NCBI GenBank assembly: GCA_030704615.1
Contig: CM060733.1
Coordinates: forward strand, 67,084,001 to 67,148,000
Reading direction: 5' to 3'
Source of the DNA: Takakia lepidozioides
Taxonomy: Eukaryota; Plantae; Bryophyta
DNA length: 64,000 nt
A model generated the notes under the pieces. The model did not search any database. It was not told the origin of the DNA and saw only the letters and a list, made by a program, of their open reading frames with translations. A program made the position numbers and the translations under genes. Position 1 is the stretch's first letter. Each line of letters begins with the position of its first letter. Positions 12,105 to 24,520 of this stretch are shown here, in pieces.

Positions 12105-13672
12105 CCCCTGAATGTGCTAGAATAAGGTGTCGTCAACGACACCTTAATCTGGCTGCTCTTCTGGTGTGCTATTTGGGGTGAATGACATCTACAAATTGTT
12201 CGGACTACATAATTTATGATTCGTTGTCATGTCCTTCTTCCTGGTGACCAGAAATCCATGCTGGATAAATGCCAGGTCTTTTGCTTGTAAAGCAAGGGTT
12301 GGGTTCATTTGCAAGTTTTCTATATATATATTTCTCTCCCCCCCCCCCCCCTCCCCCCCCAAGGTGCCAGATTAAGGTGTCGTTGACGACACCTTAATCT
12401 GGTTGCTCTTCTGGTGTGCTATTTGGGGTGAATGACATCTACAAATTGCTCGGACTACATAACTTATGATTCGTTGTCATGTCCCAACAGGGCTGGGAAT
12501 TAAGTTGTCATTGACGACACCTTAATGCCTGCTTCTCTGCACAAAAAAGGTCCCCCCTATGGTTTTTCCAGGGGACATATTTGTTTTGGGGAGATATTCA
12601 TGGGTTCATTTGTCATGTGCTGACAGGGGCTGCGATTCATCGACAGCTTAATGCCTACTTCCCTGCGCATGCTGATCCCTGAGGATAGATATTGTTCCAG
12701 TCATCCAACGATTTATTTAGTTATTTATCTCCCGAATGTGCCTGATTAAGGTGTCAGATTAAAATGTCGTCAACGACACCTTAATTTGGCTGACTCTTCT
12801 GGTATGCTATTTGGGGTGAATGACATCTACAAATTGCTCAGACTACATAACTTATGATTCATTGTCATGTCCTTCTTCCTGGTGACCAGAAATCCATGAT
12901 GGGTAAACGCCAGGTCTTTTGCTTGCAAAGCAAGGGTTGGGTTCATTTGCAAGTTTTTCAAAAATAAATAAATATATGTATATTTCCCCCCCCCCCCCCC
13001 CCTCCCAAGGTGCCAGATTAATGTGTCGATGACAACACCTTAATCTGGCTGCTCTTCTGGTGTGCTATTTGGGGTGAATGACATCTATAAATTGTTCGGA
13101 CTACATAACTTATGATTTGTTATCATGTCCCAACAGGGCTGAGAATTAAGATGTCGTTGATGACACCTCAATGCCTGCTTTTCTGCACAAAAAAGGTCCC
13201 CCCTATGGTTTTCTCCAGGGGACATATTTGTTCTGGGGAGATATTCATGGGTTCATTTGTCATGTACTGACAGAGGCTGCGATTTAAGCTGTCGTTGACG
13301 ACAACTTAATGCTTGCTTCCCTGCGCATGCTCATCCCTGAGGATAGATGTTGTTGCAGTCATCTATGGTTCAATCATCTGGGCAATTTTTCATCCGCCAC
13401 TCATCCAACGTTCATCCATCCCAAATACATTCATCCATAAATTTTTCATTGCACATTCGTGCCACATTATCGTCGTGGAGCCTGTCTGTCTCCGGTCCGA
13501 TAGAGAGGAGATTGCGTCGTTGCAGTGGAGTTTGCGTCCACGGCAATAGGCCCACTTGTTCCCTCTGTTCTAGGGTCCGCATCTGTAATCTGCTCACGCT
13601 TTCAATCTGCTCATGCTTCGGGGAATCTGCTCACGCATAAAAGAATCTGCTCACGGGTTCTGCTCACGCCTT
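11355..13672. mobile_element. Non-autonomous TIR DNA transposon (about 2.3 kb) with internal higher-order repeat
   Basis: Left GCATGAGTAGAATCCGTGAGCAGA vs reverse complement of right GCGTGAGCAGAACCCGTGAGCAGA (21/24 identical); inverted GGATGAAT/ATTCATCC subterminal blocks; no clear TSD. Confidence 0.7.
12121..13370. repeat. Two about 640-bp tandem units, each with four 28-bp palindromes (ATTAAGGTGTCGT-CA/TG-ACGACACCTTAAT)
   Basis: Palindrome copies at about 12121, 12371, 12499, 12630 (degenerate), 12758, 13017, 13145 and 13283; flanking text is duplicated. Confidence 0.85.
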
Positions 13673-13954
13673 TGTTGCCCTCGGTGGTTGGGAGGGTAGC
13701 CAGCTGGTATTTGGGGTGGGGTTTTGGGGGTTTTTTTTTTCGTTTGGGGGGGGGGGGGGGGGTGTTGGGGTGGGGTTTTCTTGGGGGTTGGGGTGTGCCT
13801 CATGCTTGCAAGAATTGCATGCATTCTAATCTATAGGTCGACCCGCCAAATCCACATGTCCATTAAGGTTAGAATGAGGTTCGAAATGACAACTGAAAAT
13901 ATATATATATAAAACGAATACTACATGTACATGTCTCTAACTGGGAACCATCCC

Positions 13955-15510
13955 TCACGCCTCATCACCTGAGTCATAGGTGTATTCGTCTGAGGAATGC
14001 AAGCTACGCTGGGCCTCCAATTTGGAGGATGATGAGGTCGAGTCCGAGATTACATCATCCTTCGAACCACCCCCTACTACTGGCTCTCCCCCATCCGGCC
14101 AAGCCACTGAACTACCCATCCCCACCCCTACAGATGCACTATCCTCCGTCAATTGTGGCGCCTTGGCCATTGAGACTACAAGGGCCTTCCACCCCTGAGT
14201 CTTGCAAAAGTTGTGCTCGATGGCGGAGGGAGGCCTCTGAAACTTCTTTTTCTGCACATGACATACAAATGCAATGACAGGTCAGAATTCATGATGGAAG
14301 GGAGAAGCTAAAAAAGAAGAATGGGTATGACAAGAAAAAGAACACTTACGAATCGGGTGACAAAACTCTTGCTTCCGTCGGGGCCCCACTTGTGTGTTGA
14401 TTCCGCACACTTCTCGAGGCGGGCTGCAGTTGTTGCACGGCCCCTTGCGAAGACCTCCATCTTCAGCTCTTCCCTCTCCCCTGCAATGAGAGCCTCCCAA
14501 GATTCCTGTCCAGCCCCAACAAAGACACTATAAATATTAATGAACTCCATACCGCAATGAACATGCATTCAAAGACGCCAATGACAAAGTGAAGTACGTC
14601 TTACCTTGGTTGTTCCATGTGGCATGGTCGTTGGTTCGACCCCCGCCTTGAGTGCCTTGCGAATGATTTGTCGCGCACGGTACCAGCTCTTGTCCTTGAG
14701 GTTCTTTCCCACCAGCTCCAAGAGCTTCCCCTCATTCCACTCACCCGGAAATTGGCCCTCAAGTGCTTGCACGAATGCTCGCCTATGGCGATGTGATTGG
14801 CGTGGCCAATCAACATGCCAAGGGAACCACCTCGCCGCCAAGTCGAAGGCTTGTTTTTTCATGGCCTCCCAATACTCACCAATGGGGTCACCGACCTTGT
14901 TGGTCTCTAAGGGGGGCACTACCATCTTTGGCAAATCAGGGTTGTGGGGACCCGAGGTCTTTACCTCGTCCACACTCTTCTGAACTACCTCTCCCTTGTC
15001 TTTTGTTGCCTTGCTAGTGCCCTCCACCGGCTGCACGCTCATCTCAACTACCTCCCTCTTGTCTTTTGTTCCCCCACTAGTGCCCTCCCCCGGCTGCACC
15101 TCTCTCCTTCTACGCCTCTTTCTCTTACGGCCCCTCTCCTGGGCCTGTCCATTCCCCTTCTCCGAAGTGCCTTCCTGATACAGAGGGGGAGGATGGAAGA
15201 GTTTCCACTCACGAGAAGGGTCATTATCAAAGAAAGAGAGTTGTCGCACCGAACTCTAGTTGGTGACGGTTTTTGGCCCGAACACCTTGAAAGAAGATTT
15301 GGGAAGCAAAAAACACTCTGAAAGTATCAATAGGAAGCTTAAAAGGATCACGTTGATACCCTTGTAAGGTGTGGTGGTCGACCGTGAAGGAGATCGGGTG
15401 GAACTCCACAAGGCAGCAAGGGAGCGCGGTGAGAAGCCGTGGCGGCGACCTTGGCTGAAGGTAGAGAACGTCAGAGTAGCAGAGCCACTAACGAGATGAA
15501 GAATTAACAC
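13955..15510 (-). pseudogene. Spliced transposon accessory gene relic, probably CACTA TnpA/Transposase_24-like
   Basis: Exons joined at GT-AG sites (..MPHGTTK|GTAAG; CAG|ESWEALIAG..THKWGPDGSKSFVTRF|GT); basic RKRKRRRR NLS; frameshifted 5' part; lies downstream of the CACTA end. Confidence 0.4.
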
Positions 15511-16137
15511 GTAAAATCTAAAAAGGATAGCGGTGCCCTAGAATATAGTCATGGTTACCGAGTTTGGCGACACTAATGGGAAGAGGGCGGTGCTCCACCC
15601 ATTGATTCTGATATCCTTGCATTCTTTGGTTTTCCAGAGGGTAGAACGATACCTGCCTGGGAAATATTATTATGGATGGGGAAGGACTATTGCCACACAG
15701 CCAAAAGGTGATTGGATTGCTAAGTTGGGTAATTGACCGGCACCTGTCAACACGTTATGGCCAAGTAAGAGAATCGTCAGAGTTGATTACTAATTTATCA
15801 AACAATGTATCGATAGATATCTTTAAGAAGCTTTGTTGCAGCGATAAAGAGATTATCCAATTACAGTTGGTGAGTAAAGGATGGTATAGGGAATTATCGA
15901 TCCTGTATAAAGAAGATTATTGGAGGAAGAACTTAGTAAATGGTATCTGGTTTCTGCTGATGGAGTAGAATTAATAGAAGATGAAGAGAACATTTATGAG
16001 TCTGGAAGAATGTTAATTGCCTTGGATGAAGATGACTGGTGGTAAACATCGCACTATGGCAAAGAAATGAGGAGCAATAGAATGGTTTGGTATCATTGAT
16101 TTGTAATTGTATAGTGCTGAACGAACCTCGAAACTAA

Positions 16138-19100
16138 TTGATCCTTTTCCTTGGGTTGATTATAGTTTCTATTCTACAGGGGGTGGTTGAACAGAGTCAA
16201 CCGACGCTCAATATTGATATGGAGCTGGTCAAGGAGCATTCTCTTCTGCTTAAGGAAATGGGCATACTCGTCCACTTTCCGGGTCGCACCAGAGATAGAT
16301 ACTGGGCCAAACGTTGGGCTTTGGAACACCTTGGCCCTGAAGGAGGGCTCACACAACATTTTTGCATCCCCCTCGGGCGTGGCTTCTACTCCATAATGTT
16401 TATATCAGCGGATCATGCAGAGAAGGCTCTAAAGTTCAACACCCTCAAATCCAGATATAGAGTGAATCTTTTTCCTTGGTCTTCGGAGTGGGGGCACAAA
16501 AAGGGATTACCTGTAAACCCCGAATCATAGCTTTATCGTTCCTCCCGGGCAACTATCTACGATCCTTGCCAGAGATCGGAGAACAGTTTGGTGCTTTTAT
16601 CGGATCCATTTTGCCTTCCCCGACCCACATTCTGTGGACAATTAGCACGATGTTTTTGAAAGGCATAGGGACAGTGGAATTCCGAGATTGGTGGTTATCA
16701 TGCCGGAGAAAGCTACAATTCCTCGTACCATCAAACTCCCTTCCTTGGATGGCTCTTTCATTTAAGTAGTTGTTCAGGAAGAAATTCTATCTATTGTCTG
16801 TCACCATTGTCACCGTGAGGGTCATGTTAAAGCGGATTGCCCAAACTTGCCAAGTAAGGTTTGTGAGATTCCTCCCCCTCACCCCCTCGCGGCCACAGAG
16901 GGCAATTCAAGGCTTGGTGGTCTTATGCCTCCTTCGCCCTTGGTTAGGAAAAGGTTTGACACCTCCCCCCTTGACCAGCCCCCAACAAAGCGCTTCGTCG
17001 ATCAGTCCCCGGATTTATCTCATGCTTGTAAGTTCGCCAGCGTCTTCTACTAGATCCGCCCCCCTCCGCTGGCTGTCTTCAGCTTAGGTGGCGAGGAGCC
17101 TCTTAATCTGGCTACTTACTGTTTGTCCCACTTGAGGTCCTTTTCAGATGTCTCCCTCTCTGAATTTGCTCTCCTTGATGTTGTGCCGCCCAATGGCTAC
17201 CTTCTGGTCAGTATCAAAATTACGCCCATTATAGTGGGGTTCCCGGAGGGTAAACCCTCCATTTTGCTTTCTGGGCACAACAATTTTATCAGTTCTTGGA
17301 TTTCTTACTGGGATATGGGCAAATTGTTGCCCTCCGAGGATAGACTTGGATCAGCTTCCCACACCTTGTCTTCTGAAGAGACTGATGCCTGGGATGCTCT
17401 GTGTTTTGTTGCGGGTCTGTCAGACTTATTCAACCATGTGGAGGGTGAACTGCGTTTCACCTGGTCGAACAACCGCAACCCCCCTAACCTCTATATGGCC
17501 CGCCTTGATCGAATTTATTGCTCCCCCGGCCCTCTGATATGGGCAAAGCCTGTTGCGATAGGATCAATTCTCCCGGGTTTTGATCTTGCAGCTGTAAGTG
17601 CCAGCTTCTCCATGCCTGGTGCTCATTCCAAGGGTCGTGGATTTTTTAAACTAAACCCCTCCATCTTAGCTATTCCAGAGTCTTTGGATATTTAAAAAAA
17701 GGCCTGGCTTCAGGTTGGTGTGGGTTTCTCATCCCCCACGATCAAGTTTATTAAAAAATTGGAGGATAATAGAAAAGTGGGGCAAGCCCTCTCAGAATCT
17801 CATGCCCAAAGCAGGAATCGGCAGGAGGAAGCCCTCACCATTTGCCTTGCCCAGTGCCACAAGGTCATCGAGTCTGGCAGGGCATACTCTCAGACTTGGG
17901 ACTCCTATCACCTAGCCAAAAGGAACTTGGCTGTGTCACTTCATGCAAAGGAGAAAAACATGAGGAGGAAGGCTGACATCAACTGGTCTCTCAAGGGAGA
18001 GAAGTTGACCTGCTATTTTTTTCTTAAAGCCAAGCAGCGTCGAGCTGCCACTACCATAGCTGCTCTGAAAGGAAAAAAAAAAATGTGGACGCGTTGCCGA
18101 AGCAAGCGTAACTTATGGTGTCACTTGACCCCATAGGGCTACTGCCTTCCGGTGGGAAGGTGAACACCGTAATGACTTCCAACAGGTGGATTGAACCCAC
18201 AGCCACTCGTGAGAGGGTATGTGCCCTTACCACTGGGCTACATGCTGGTTGCCCTGCTCTGAAAAATGACCAAGGCCTGTCGGTTTCTCTCCCCAAGCAG
18301 ATGTCCTCTTTAGCTGCCTCCTATTTTGCAGCTCTATTCAAAGGTTGCCCTGACTCTCCACAGATCTCTTCTTCGAGGAACTCGATCCTCTCCACCTTCA
18401 GAACAGTGAGTTCTGAGCCTGAATTGGCCAGCCTCTCACGTCAGTAGAGCTTTCTGATGCCTTGGACAAGCTTGCCTCATTTAAATCTCCCGGGCTAGAT
18501 GGATTACCTGTGGAGCTATTCAAGGCAATCTGGTTGGAATGCGGAGACAATTTTGTTGCTTTTGCTGAAGATATCTTGCTTAAAGGGATTATGCCCTCGC
18601 AAATCTCCCAAGGAGTCATAACCCTTATTCACAAGAAAGGAGATCGGGATGTCCTCCCCAACTATAGGCCTATTACCTTGCTCAATGTGGTGTATAAAAT
18701 TATTGCTAAAGCCTTAGCCTCTAGGCTTCAGCCACTTCTCTACAAGCTCATCAGACCAGAGCAGACTAGTTTCTTAAAAGATCGAATGATCTTAGCCAAT
18801 ATCTTGCTTGCCCAAGAAGCTCTCAGCTCTGCTTTTGAGACCAATCAGCCTCTAGCTATGATCATGTTGGACTTTGAGATGGCATTTGACAGCATTGATT
18901 GGAGTTATTTGTTGAGGGCTTACAAAAAATGCGGCATTACTGGGAATTTCCTTAGATGGATTCGCATCCTTCTCCACTCGGCCTCCAGTAAGGTTATGGT
19001 GAATGGTTCTATTTCCAGCTCCTTCCCTCTTTTTTGTTCTGTAAGACAGGGGTGCCCCCTTTCTCCTTTCCTGTTCATTATCGCTGCTGATGGCCTTAGC

Positions 19101-19870
19101 CATCTCCTTCACAGCAAGCCTGATGTGGTGGGGCTTAGAATCCAGCACCCAATCATCCCCAATTACAGTATTAAATCTTCGATGTATGCTGATGATACCT
19201 CTCTTCTGATTGATAATACCTCTGGAGCTAATGTGGATCAGGCCCTACTTTCCTTGTCCGAGTTTTGTGATGCCTTTGGTTTGAAGGGTAACTGGAGTAA
19301 ATCAAGGGGTTTTTAACCTAAGCTAAACGACCTCTCTCTGGCCGCCCACTGTTCTCCGTGGGGAGACACCCTTGGTCTTTCCTGGCTTCAAGATGGTCAA
19401 TCCCATGTATTGTTGGGTCACCTGGTGGGACATGACCTGTCTGATTCCTTGAGAGCTGAAGTAATCTTGATCAACCTCAAGAGAAAGCTGGCCTATTGGT
19501 GCTTAGTGCACCTCTCCATCATTGGTAAAGCTTGGTCGTTAACCACGTATTGCTGGCCTCTTCCTGGTTCAGCTCGTCTGTCTGGTCCCCTGGGGATGTC
19601 TTTATCAAGAAAATGAAAGCCATGATTCGGAATTTTATTTGGGGAGCCTCCTCCTCGAGCCAGAACCGCCGTGCTTTGGTTAGCTGGAAGCAACTAACGC
19701 AGAAAAAGTCCAATGGTGGCTTGGGTATTATAGATCCCCACTCTCAGATCTGTGCCTTACTAGCCAAATGGGTCCCTAGGGTGTTTAGGCCCTCATTATC
19801 TCCCTGGAGTCTGCTGGTGCGTCACCACCTTACGCAAGCCCGTCCAGTTTGCCGTGCATTCTTTAGTTAG
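16138..19870 (+). mobile_element. Decayed L1-clade LINE (ORF1 DUF4283-like + CCHC knuckle; ORF2 endonuclease-RT)
   Basis: PLGRGFYSIMF; CHHCHREGHVKADC at about 16800; FTWSNN..RLDRIY; KSPGLDG, NYRPITLLN, VRQGCPLSP, YADD, GGLGI; multiple frameshifts and stops. Confidence 0.92.
18071..18253 (-). mobile_element. tRNA-derived SINE (family 1) inserted in the LINE
   Basis: A box TAGCCCAGTGG, B box GGTTCAATCC, oligo-T 3' end, 11-bp TSD CTGCTCTGAAA (18060-18070 / 18254-18264). Confidence 0.9.
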
Positions 19871-21030
19871 GTGATTTCTCACAGTATGTCAGTTTCAGCT
19901 GTCTTAATTTTGCATAGTGAAGCTCGAGAACAAGTCCAGACAAATCAAGTACATTAGTTGCTAATCCAAGACACTGAACAGACCGGTTATGAGGGCTTCT
20001 CATTTGTGGCCGTCCTGAGGTGGACTATCTTAATTCTGCAGATGCTTTTCTTCTTGTATCATTTGGCGAAGCTGTGTATCATAAAGGATTTATTCATTAT
20101 GAAATGGAGGTACATGTTGTATCATGGATTGTGATTGATCCAAACTTTTTTATCTAAGAGATGTATCTGTAGTGGTCAGAACTTTTCCATTGAAATAGTT
20201 AGTGCAGTGATTTGGTAAGGAAATGATTTTACTTTTCAGTACCCTCGACATTTACAAAACAATCAACATCCTTCCAAGACTTTCCATTACAAAAGTTGGA
20301 CAGCATCATTTGGAATGCTACTTCTACCTCGTCTCAACTTCACTGTATCTCAGTGCTCACTGTTTAACATGTATTCGTAATACTTCCGAAAATCTATAAC
20401 CTTTCAATGCATGACACTTTAATGTCCATGACAATTGAGACGAGACTCTGGAACATACAAAAGTCAGTTTTGAAGTGTTTGCAAATAAAAATCAAGTGCA
20501 TTCGCAATGTATGTCAACACCACATCTTTTCATCCGTATGCTTGAATGCCCAACACTACCATCAGCTCTGATATGTCCCTGGAATAAGGTGGGGTGTTCT
20601 AGACTAAAATCCGTTCACATTGAGGCCATCATCTCCCGCTTCACGTAACTGCTCGTTTTTTCGCCTACAAGAACAATGCAGATCCAAAAAGATATGGTCA
20701 AGTCAGCATAGAGAATCCTGGAAATGAGCATCACATGCACAGAAATGAACACCTGAGCTCTCTGATCTCACCCATCTAATGATAACTCTCAAAATCCTAC
20801 AAAAAGGTGCACGTTCTTGAGGTGCAGCACAGCCTCCAGCCACTACATATTCCAACAAAAGAGGGTAGGTGTGCATATGATACAGGATGTTGTATGACAG
20901 GGACATATGGGGACAGGCAAAGAAGAAACAAAGAGCGCACCAGTCTTAGCTTACCAGTCTAGCTCCATTCGATTTGTGTTCATGTTAGAGACAGCAAATT
21001 GAACCCTACAAGGGCCAGAATCCTTGTACA

Positions 21031-24000
21031 TTAGCAGTAAAACATGACCTTCTTCACATTGTCCTTGAGTGGAGGCAGAGGGCGAACTGGCGCACCCCCA
21101 ACACCAGGACTGCGAGAACCTGTGGCCCCAGAAGGTATACCCATTATCGTCGACCCACTGCTGTCAGAAGGCCCTGACTCTGAGTAAAAGCGTGCGCGAA
21201 ACGCAGCCAAGTGTGCGTAGTAGGCTGGAGGGACTATGGAAACTGCACGGGTGCAGCGTGCATAGGTGTAGCAAAGATCATTTGTCAAAGACTGGAGAGT
21301 GTCTGCAGAGAAACTGTTCTCATCCCACAGTACATGATAGTGAGCTGGTCGGCTTGTACCCTGGATGCCTGCGTGGCTGCATAGATAGAAATCAAACTCT
21401 GTGGGGTGGCATATTCTGGTGTCCACTACTGTCCCTGGGAGGACATTGCCGCTTTTGTCCAAGTTCCCATCCTGCTTGTTCCCAAAGAGACGGGTATGGT
21501 GTCGTTTTTGCACAACCACAAAGGTAACAGGTGGCCGATAAGTAGCTTCCAGTGACAAACAGGCCTTGCGAATGGCATCAAGCTCATGCAGAAGTACCTG
21601 ATTAAATTGTCCCTCGCTCACACCATCTCTGTAGAAGATAATACGCTGTGGCTTTTGACCAGTTGCTGAGTAGAATGAGAGTAAGAGCTCCTTGATCATG
21701 CCTCCATTACACTGATTTCCTTTGGGATCAACCCAAGTTTTGAAGAGATCTTGGATCAATTCCTGTCGATGTGCTTGTGCACACACTAAGCCTGCATACT
21801 TAGTGACTTCAGGCCAATCCTGTGACGCTACAACCGCAGCAATGGAAGGGCTGGAGTCCTCTCCAGGATGTGGGTGGGTAACATCAGCACCAAAGATGAT
21901 AGTTGGTTTGTCACTGACCCTCGGTAGTCTGCGGAAGTGGGCATCAACAAGAACAGTGTTCCGTCCTCCAGCCTTGACATTGATTTTCAAAGCCACATTG
22001 GCCAGATACTGTGGATTCATTTTGAACACATGCTTGCTCAAGCAGCATTGTGAAACAATCCCAAGCACTGTCTCACACAGCTTTTTCAAATCCCCATAGA
22101 GAGCTCCATTGTTCTCTGGAAGAATCACCACAAGAAGGTCCAAAACCTTTCCATTGTTCTCTCTCTTCACGTCCTCACAAAGACTCTTGAGTGCCGAGTC
22201 CAAAAAATCTGGGCTCACACTGCGCAGTGGAATTTTTGGCTTCTCTGCAAAACTCATGCCAGATTTCACACACATACTACCCAACTCCCAGCAGAACTGC
22301 TCGGCCAAGTTTTGTGGCACATTCTCTGAAAAATTAACACATGCCCAGTCTTTCACAATACCTCCATTTACCATCATCTTGTTGCGCATGTTCCATTGTC
22401 CAACTTGCGGCCGACACTGTTTCTCACGACCTCTATCATGGTACTTCAGGCAAGGAGGAGGTAAAATGCGGGCTTCCACGTTGGCAAGCTGATTGCTGAT
22501 CTGAATACCGAATTCCTCTGCATAGCAATCAGCATGATATGCATTCTGTTCCACTCTACTTTTAATCTCCTTTTCGCGATCCTGCGGATTCTGGCAGGAC
22601 TCTTTCAGAGCCTTGATCTGCTTGTCAGTCAGACGTTTTGCATAGCGTTGCCCTGCAACAATCTTGCAGACCTCCATCGGAAGATAGTTGGGCCGCTGTG
22701 GATTACCGACTTGAAGACATGGTAGCTTGGGATTTCGCAGCTTGTAGCCGTAAGTCTGGAGAAAATACTCGGTTACTGACTTAAGGGTCCCTTGCTCGTC
22801 CACTGAAAACTTAAGGTCATCCGTCGCCTGATTGGTAAGCCCAGAAATGCGGTACTTGCGCATCAAGGATCCACGATGCATAACCTCAACTTTCACCCCT
22901 CGTAGGACCTTCTTGATCTTTAAGCGATCAGCATCAGAAAAGCTCCGAGATACATCCTTATTCAAGAAATCACGGACAAAATCGATCACTACTTTTGGCT
23001 CAAGGAAGGCAGTGGAAGAAATGTCAATGTTTAGGGATAGACCCATCTGAGTAGGTCGTATACTTTGATAGAAACCTCGCCATCCCTCCAGTCCTCCTCC
23101 AAGCTTAGTCGCTCCAGCTGGTGAAAAGAAAGAGCGTCCAACAGGTGTATATAGCTGGGTCGGCCGCTCTCTCAGGACGATGTCAAGAACTTGAAGGGCT
23201 TCCTGAGGAGGATCACCCTGACGACCACCCAAAAACTCCCCAAGATGATGCAGGTCAGCCCGAGAGGCAAATTTTATCACTAACTTGAATGATCGTTCCC
23301 TTCGGTGCCCAGAGCCATCCTCATCAGAAAGCACGATTGGAAACTCCTTAGACGTAAAGGGCAGCGGGCCTGCCGTATACAAGCTTTTGCGACCGTCATA
23401 AGCAGGCAATCTGCCATTAAGAGCGACTGCCCTGTGCAACGCCACCAGCTGGCGAATAACTGCCCGATTGACACCGCGGGACGTTACCTCCGGTGTAATT
23501 GTAACATCGTAATGATGCAGGTCCTTGTCTGGAAGCTCAGCAAGAAAATGGTTTGCTTTCACCGTACACTTGTCGCCTTTAGTACCCCAGCCAGGACGCC
23601 GAGGAAACGTCACTGATTTGCTAGATGCAGGAGGGCCTGCAGGTGGTTGTGAAGAGGAAGACCCTGCATCTTGAGCGGTTCTAAACACAACAGGGGCCGT
23701 GGGAGGTTCAGAGATGGGCCCTTGAATTCCGAGAGAGCCAAATCGCTCAACTAGCTTTTCCCCAGCGACAAAACTCCCTGCTTCAGGAATCGGGGATGAC
23801 ACAGGCGCTGCAAATTGTGGGACCGGATAGACAGGCGCTGGCCGTTGCGGTGGAGTTGCCTGCGGGGGGGCCGGTGTCGCTCGCTCGGCCACCGGTTGTG
23901 GACACTGCACAAATTGACCCCCAGCAGACAGTGGAGAGTGCTCTTTGGGCGCATCCAAGGCCTGCGGAATGGCTCTAACAGATTTGCCTGGCTGAGCTGG

Positions 24001-24318
24001 AGTAGCTGCGTGGGGCGGAAGAGAGTAAGCCGGAGCTGCAATGCTCGGAGGATGACTTCCCCGCTGATTCCTCTCTCTCCCACCTGGTGCTCCTCGCTGC
24101 GGTGCAGGAGGAAGATTGGCAAAGGATGGATCAGGCGGTGGCCCACGCAGACCCGCTCCTCCGCGCCCCGAACCTCCACCTTCGGGCTCATCTTGAAACT
24201 GCTGCGGTGCTGGGGCAGCTGCCTGAGCAGGTTGTTGAGCAGGCTGAGGTGATGGTTGTTGGCCTTGCGGATTGGAGGCCTCCACGCCCGCCTTAGGTTT
24301 AGGCTTCCGCCTTGGCAT
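21031..24318 (-). CDS. AGO1: Argonaute, AGO1/5/10 clade, 1095 aa, intronless
   Basis: Q/P/G-rich N-terminus; N domain (FPRRPG..VKANHF), PAZ, MID ([14 protein letters not shown]), PIWI with intact D-E-D-H tetrad ([23 protein letters not shown]); C-terminal VMFYC. The ORF-track start at 24381 is TTG; the first ATG is 24318. Symbol means AGO1-like; orthology untested. Confidence 0.95.
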   Translation of the reverse strand: MPRRKPKPKAGVEASNPQGQQPSPQPAQQPAQAAAPAPQQFQDEPEGGGSGRGGAGLRGPPPDPSFANLPPAPQRGAPGGRERNQRGSHPPSIAAPAYSLPPHAATPAQPGKSVRAIPQALDAPKEHSPLSAGGQFVQCPQPVAERATPAPPQATPPQRPAPVYPVPQFAAPVSSPIPEAGSFVAGEKLVERFGSLGIQGPISEPPTAPVVFRTAQDAGSSSSQPPAGPPASSKSVTFPRRPGWGTKGDKCTVKANHFLAELPDKDLHHYDVTITPEVTSRGVNRAVIRQLVALHRAVALNGRLPAYDGRKSLYTAGPLPFTSKEFPIVLSDEDGSGHRRERSFKLVIKFASRADLHHLGEFLGGRQGDPPQEALQVLDIVLRERPTQLYTPVGRSFFSPAGATKLGGGLEGWRGFYQSIRPTQMGLSLNIDISSTAFLEPKVVIDFVRDFLNKDVSRSFSDADRLKIKKVLRGVKVEVMHRGSLMRKYRISGLTNQATDDLKFSVDEQGTLKSVTEYFLQTYGYKLRNPKLPCLQVGNPQRPNYLPMEVCKIVAGQRYAKRLTDKQIKALKESCQNPQDREKEIKSRVEQNAYHADCYAEEFGIQISNQLANVEARILPPPCLKYHDRGREKQCRPQVGQWNMRNKMMVNGGIVKDWACVNFSENVPQNLAEQFCWELGSMCVKSGMSFAEKPKIPLRSVSPDFLDSALKSLCEDVKRENNGKVLDLLVVILPENNGALYGDLKKLCETVLGIVSQCCLSKHVFKMNPQYLANVALKINVKAGGRNTVLVDAHFRRLPRVSDKPTIIFGADVTHPHPGEDSSPSIAAVVASQDWPEVTKYAGLVCAQAHRQELIQDLFKTWVDPKGNQCNGGMIKELLLSFYSATGQKPQRIIFYRDGVSEGQFNQVLLHELDAIRKACLSLEATYRPPVTFVVVQKRHHTRLFGNKQDGNLDKSGNVLPGTVVDTRICHPTEFDFYLCSHAGIQGTSRPAHYHVLWDENSFSADTLQSLTNDLCYTYARCTRAVSIVPPAYYAHLAAFRARFYSESGPSDSSGSTIMGIPSGATGSRSPGVGGAPVRPLPPLKDNVKKVMFYC

Positions 24319-24520
24319 GGCTGCCCCACCGCTACACCCGAGCGAGCGACGCAGCAGAGGTGCAAGCGTGCAAGCTGCCAAGATCCCACAAGCCGCCCTT
24401 CCTTCCCGCTTATTTTACGTGCCCGTTGCTTGAGCTTCGCGCTCACGCTTCACTTCCTCCCATCATCCATCCATCCACCCATCCATCGTACGTACTTCAC
24501 TACCCTTCTTCTTCTTATTA

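Noticed and set aside
18090-18180. Hammerhead, twister or HDV ribozyme in the SINE body
   Set aside because: The body is multi-stem, but I could not find CUGANGA/GAAA or other catalytic core motifs.
24319-24381. N-terminal extension of AGO in the ORF track
   Set aside because: It starts at TTG; the first in-frame ATG is at 24318.
21069-24446. Antisense and alternate-frame ORFs over AGO (for example 23751-24446)
   Set aside because: Shadow ORFs of a GC-rich coding region with no recognisable motifs.
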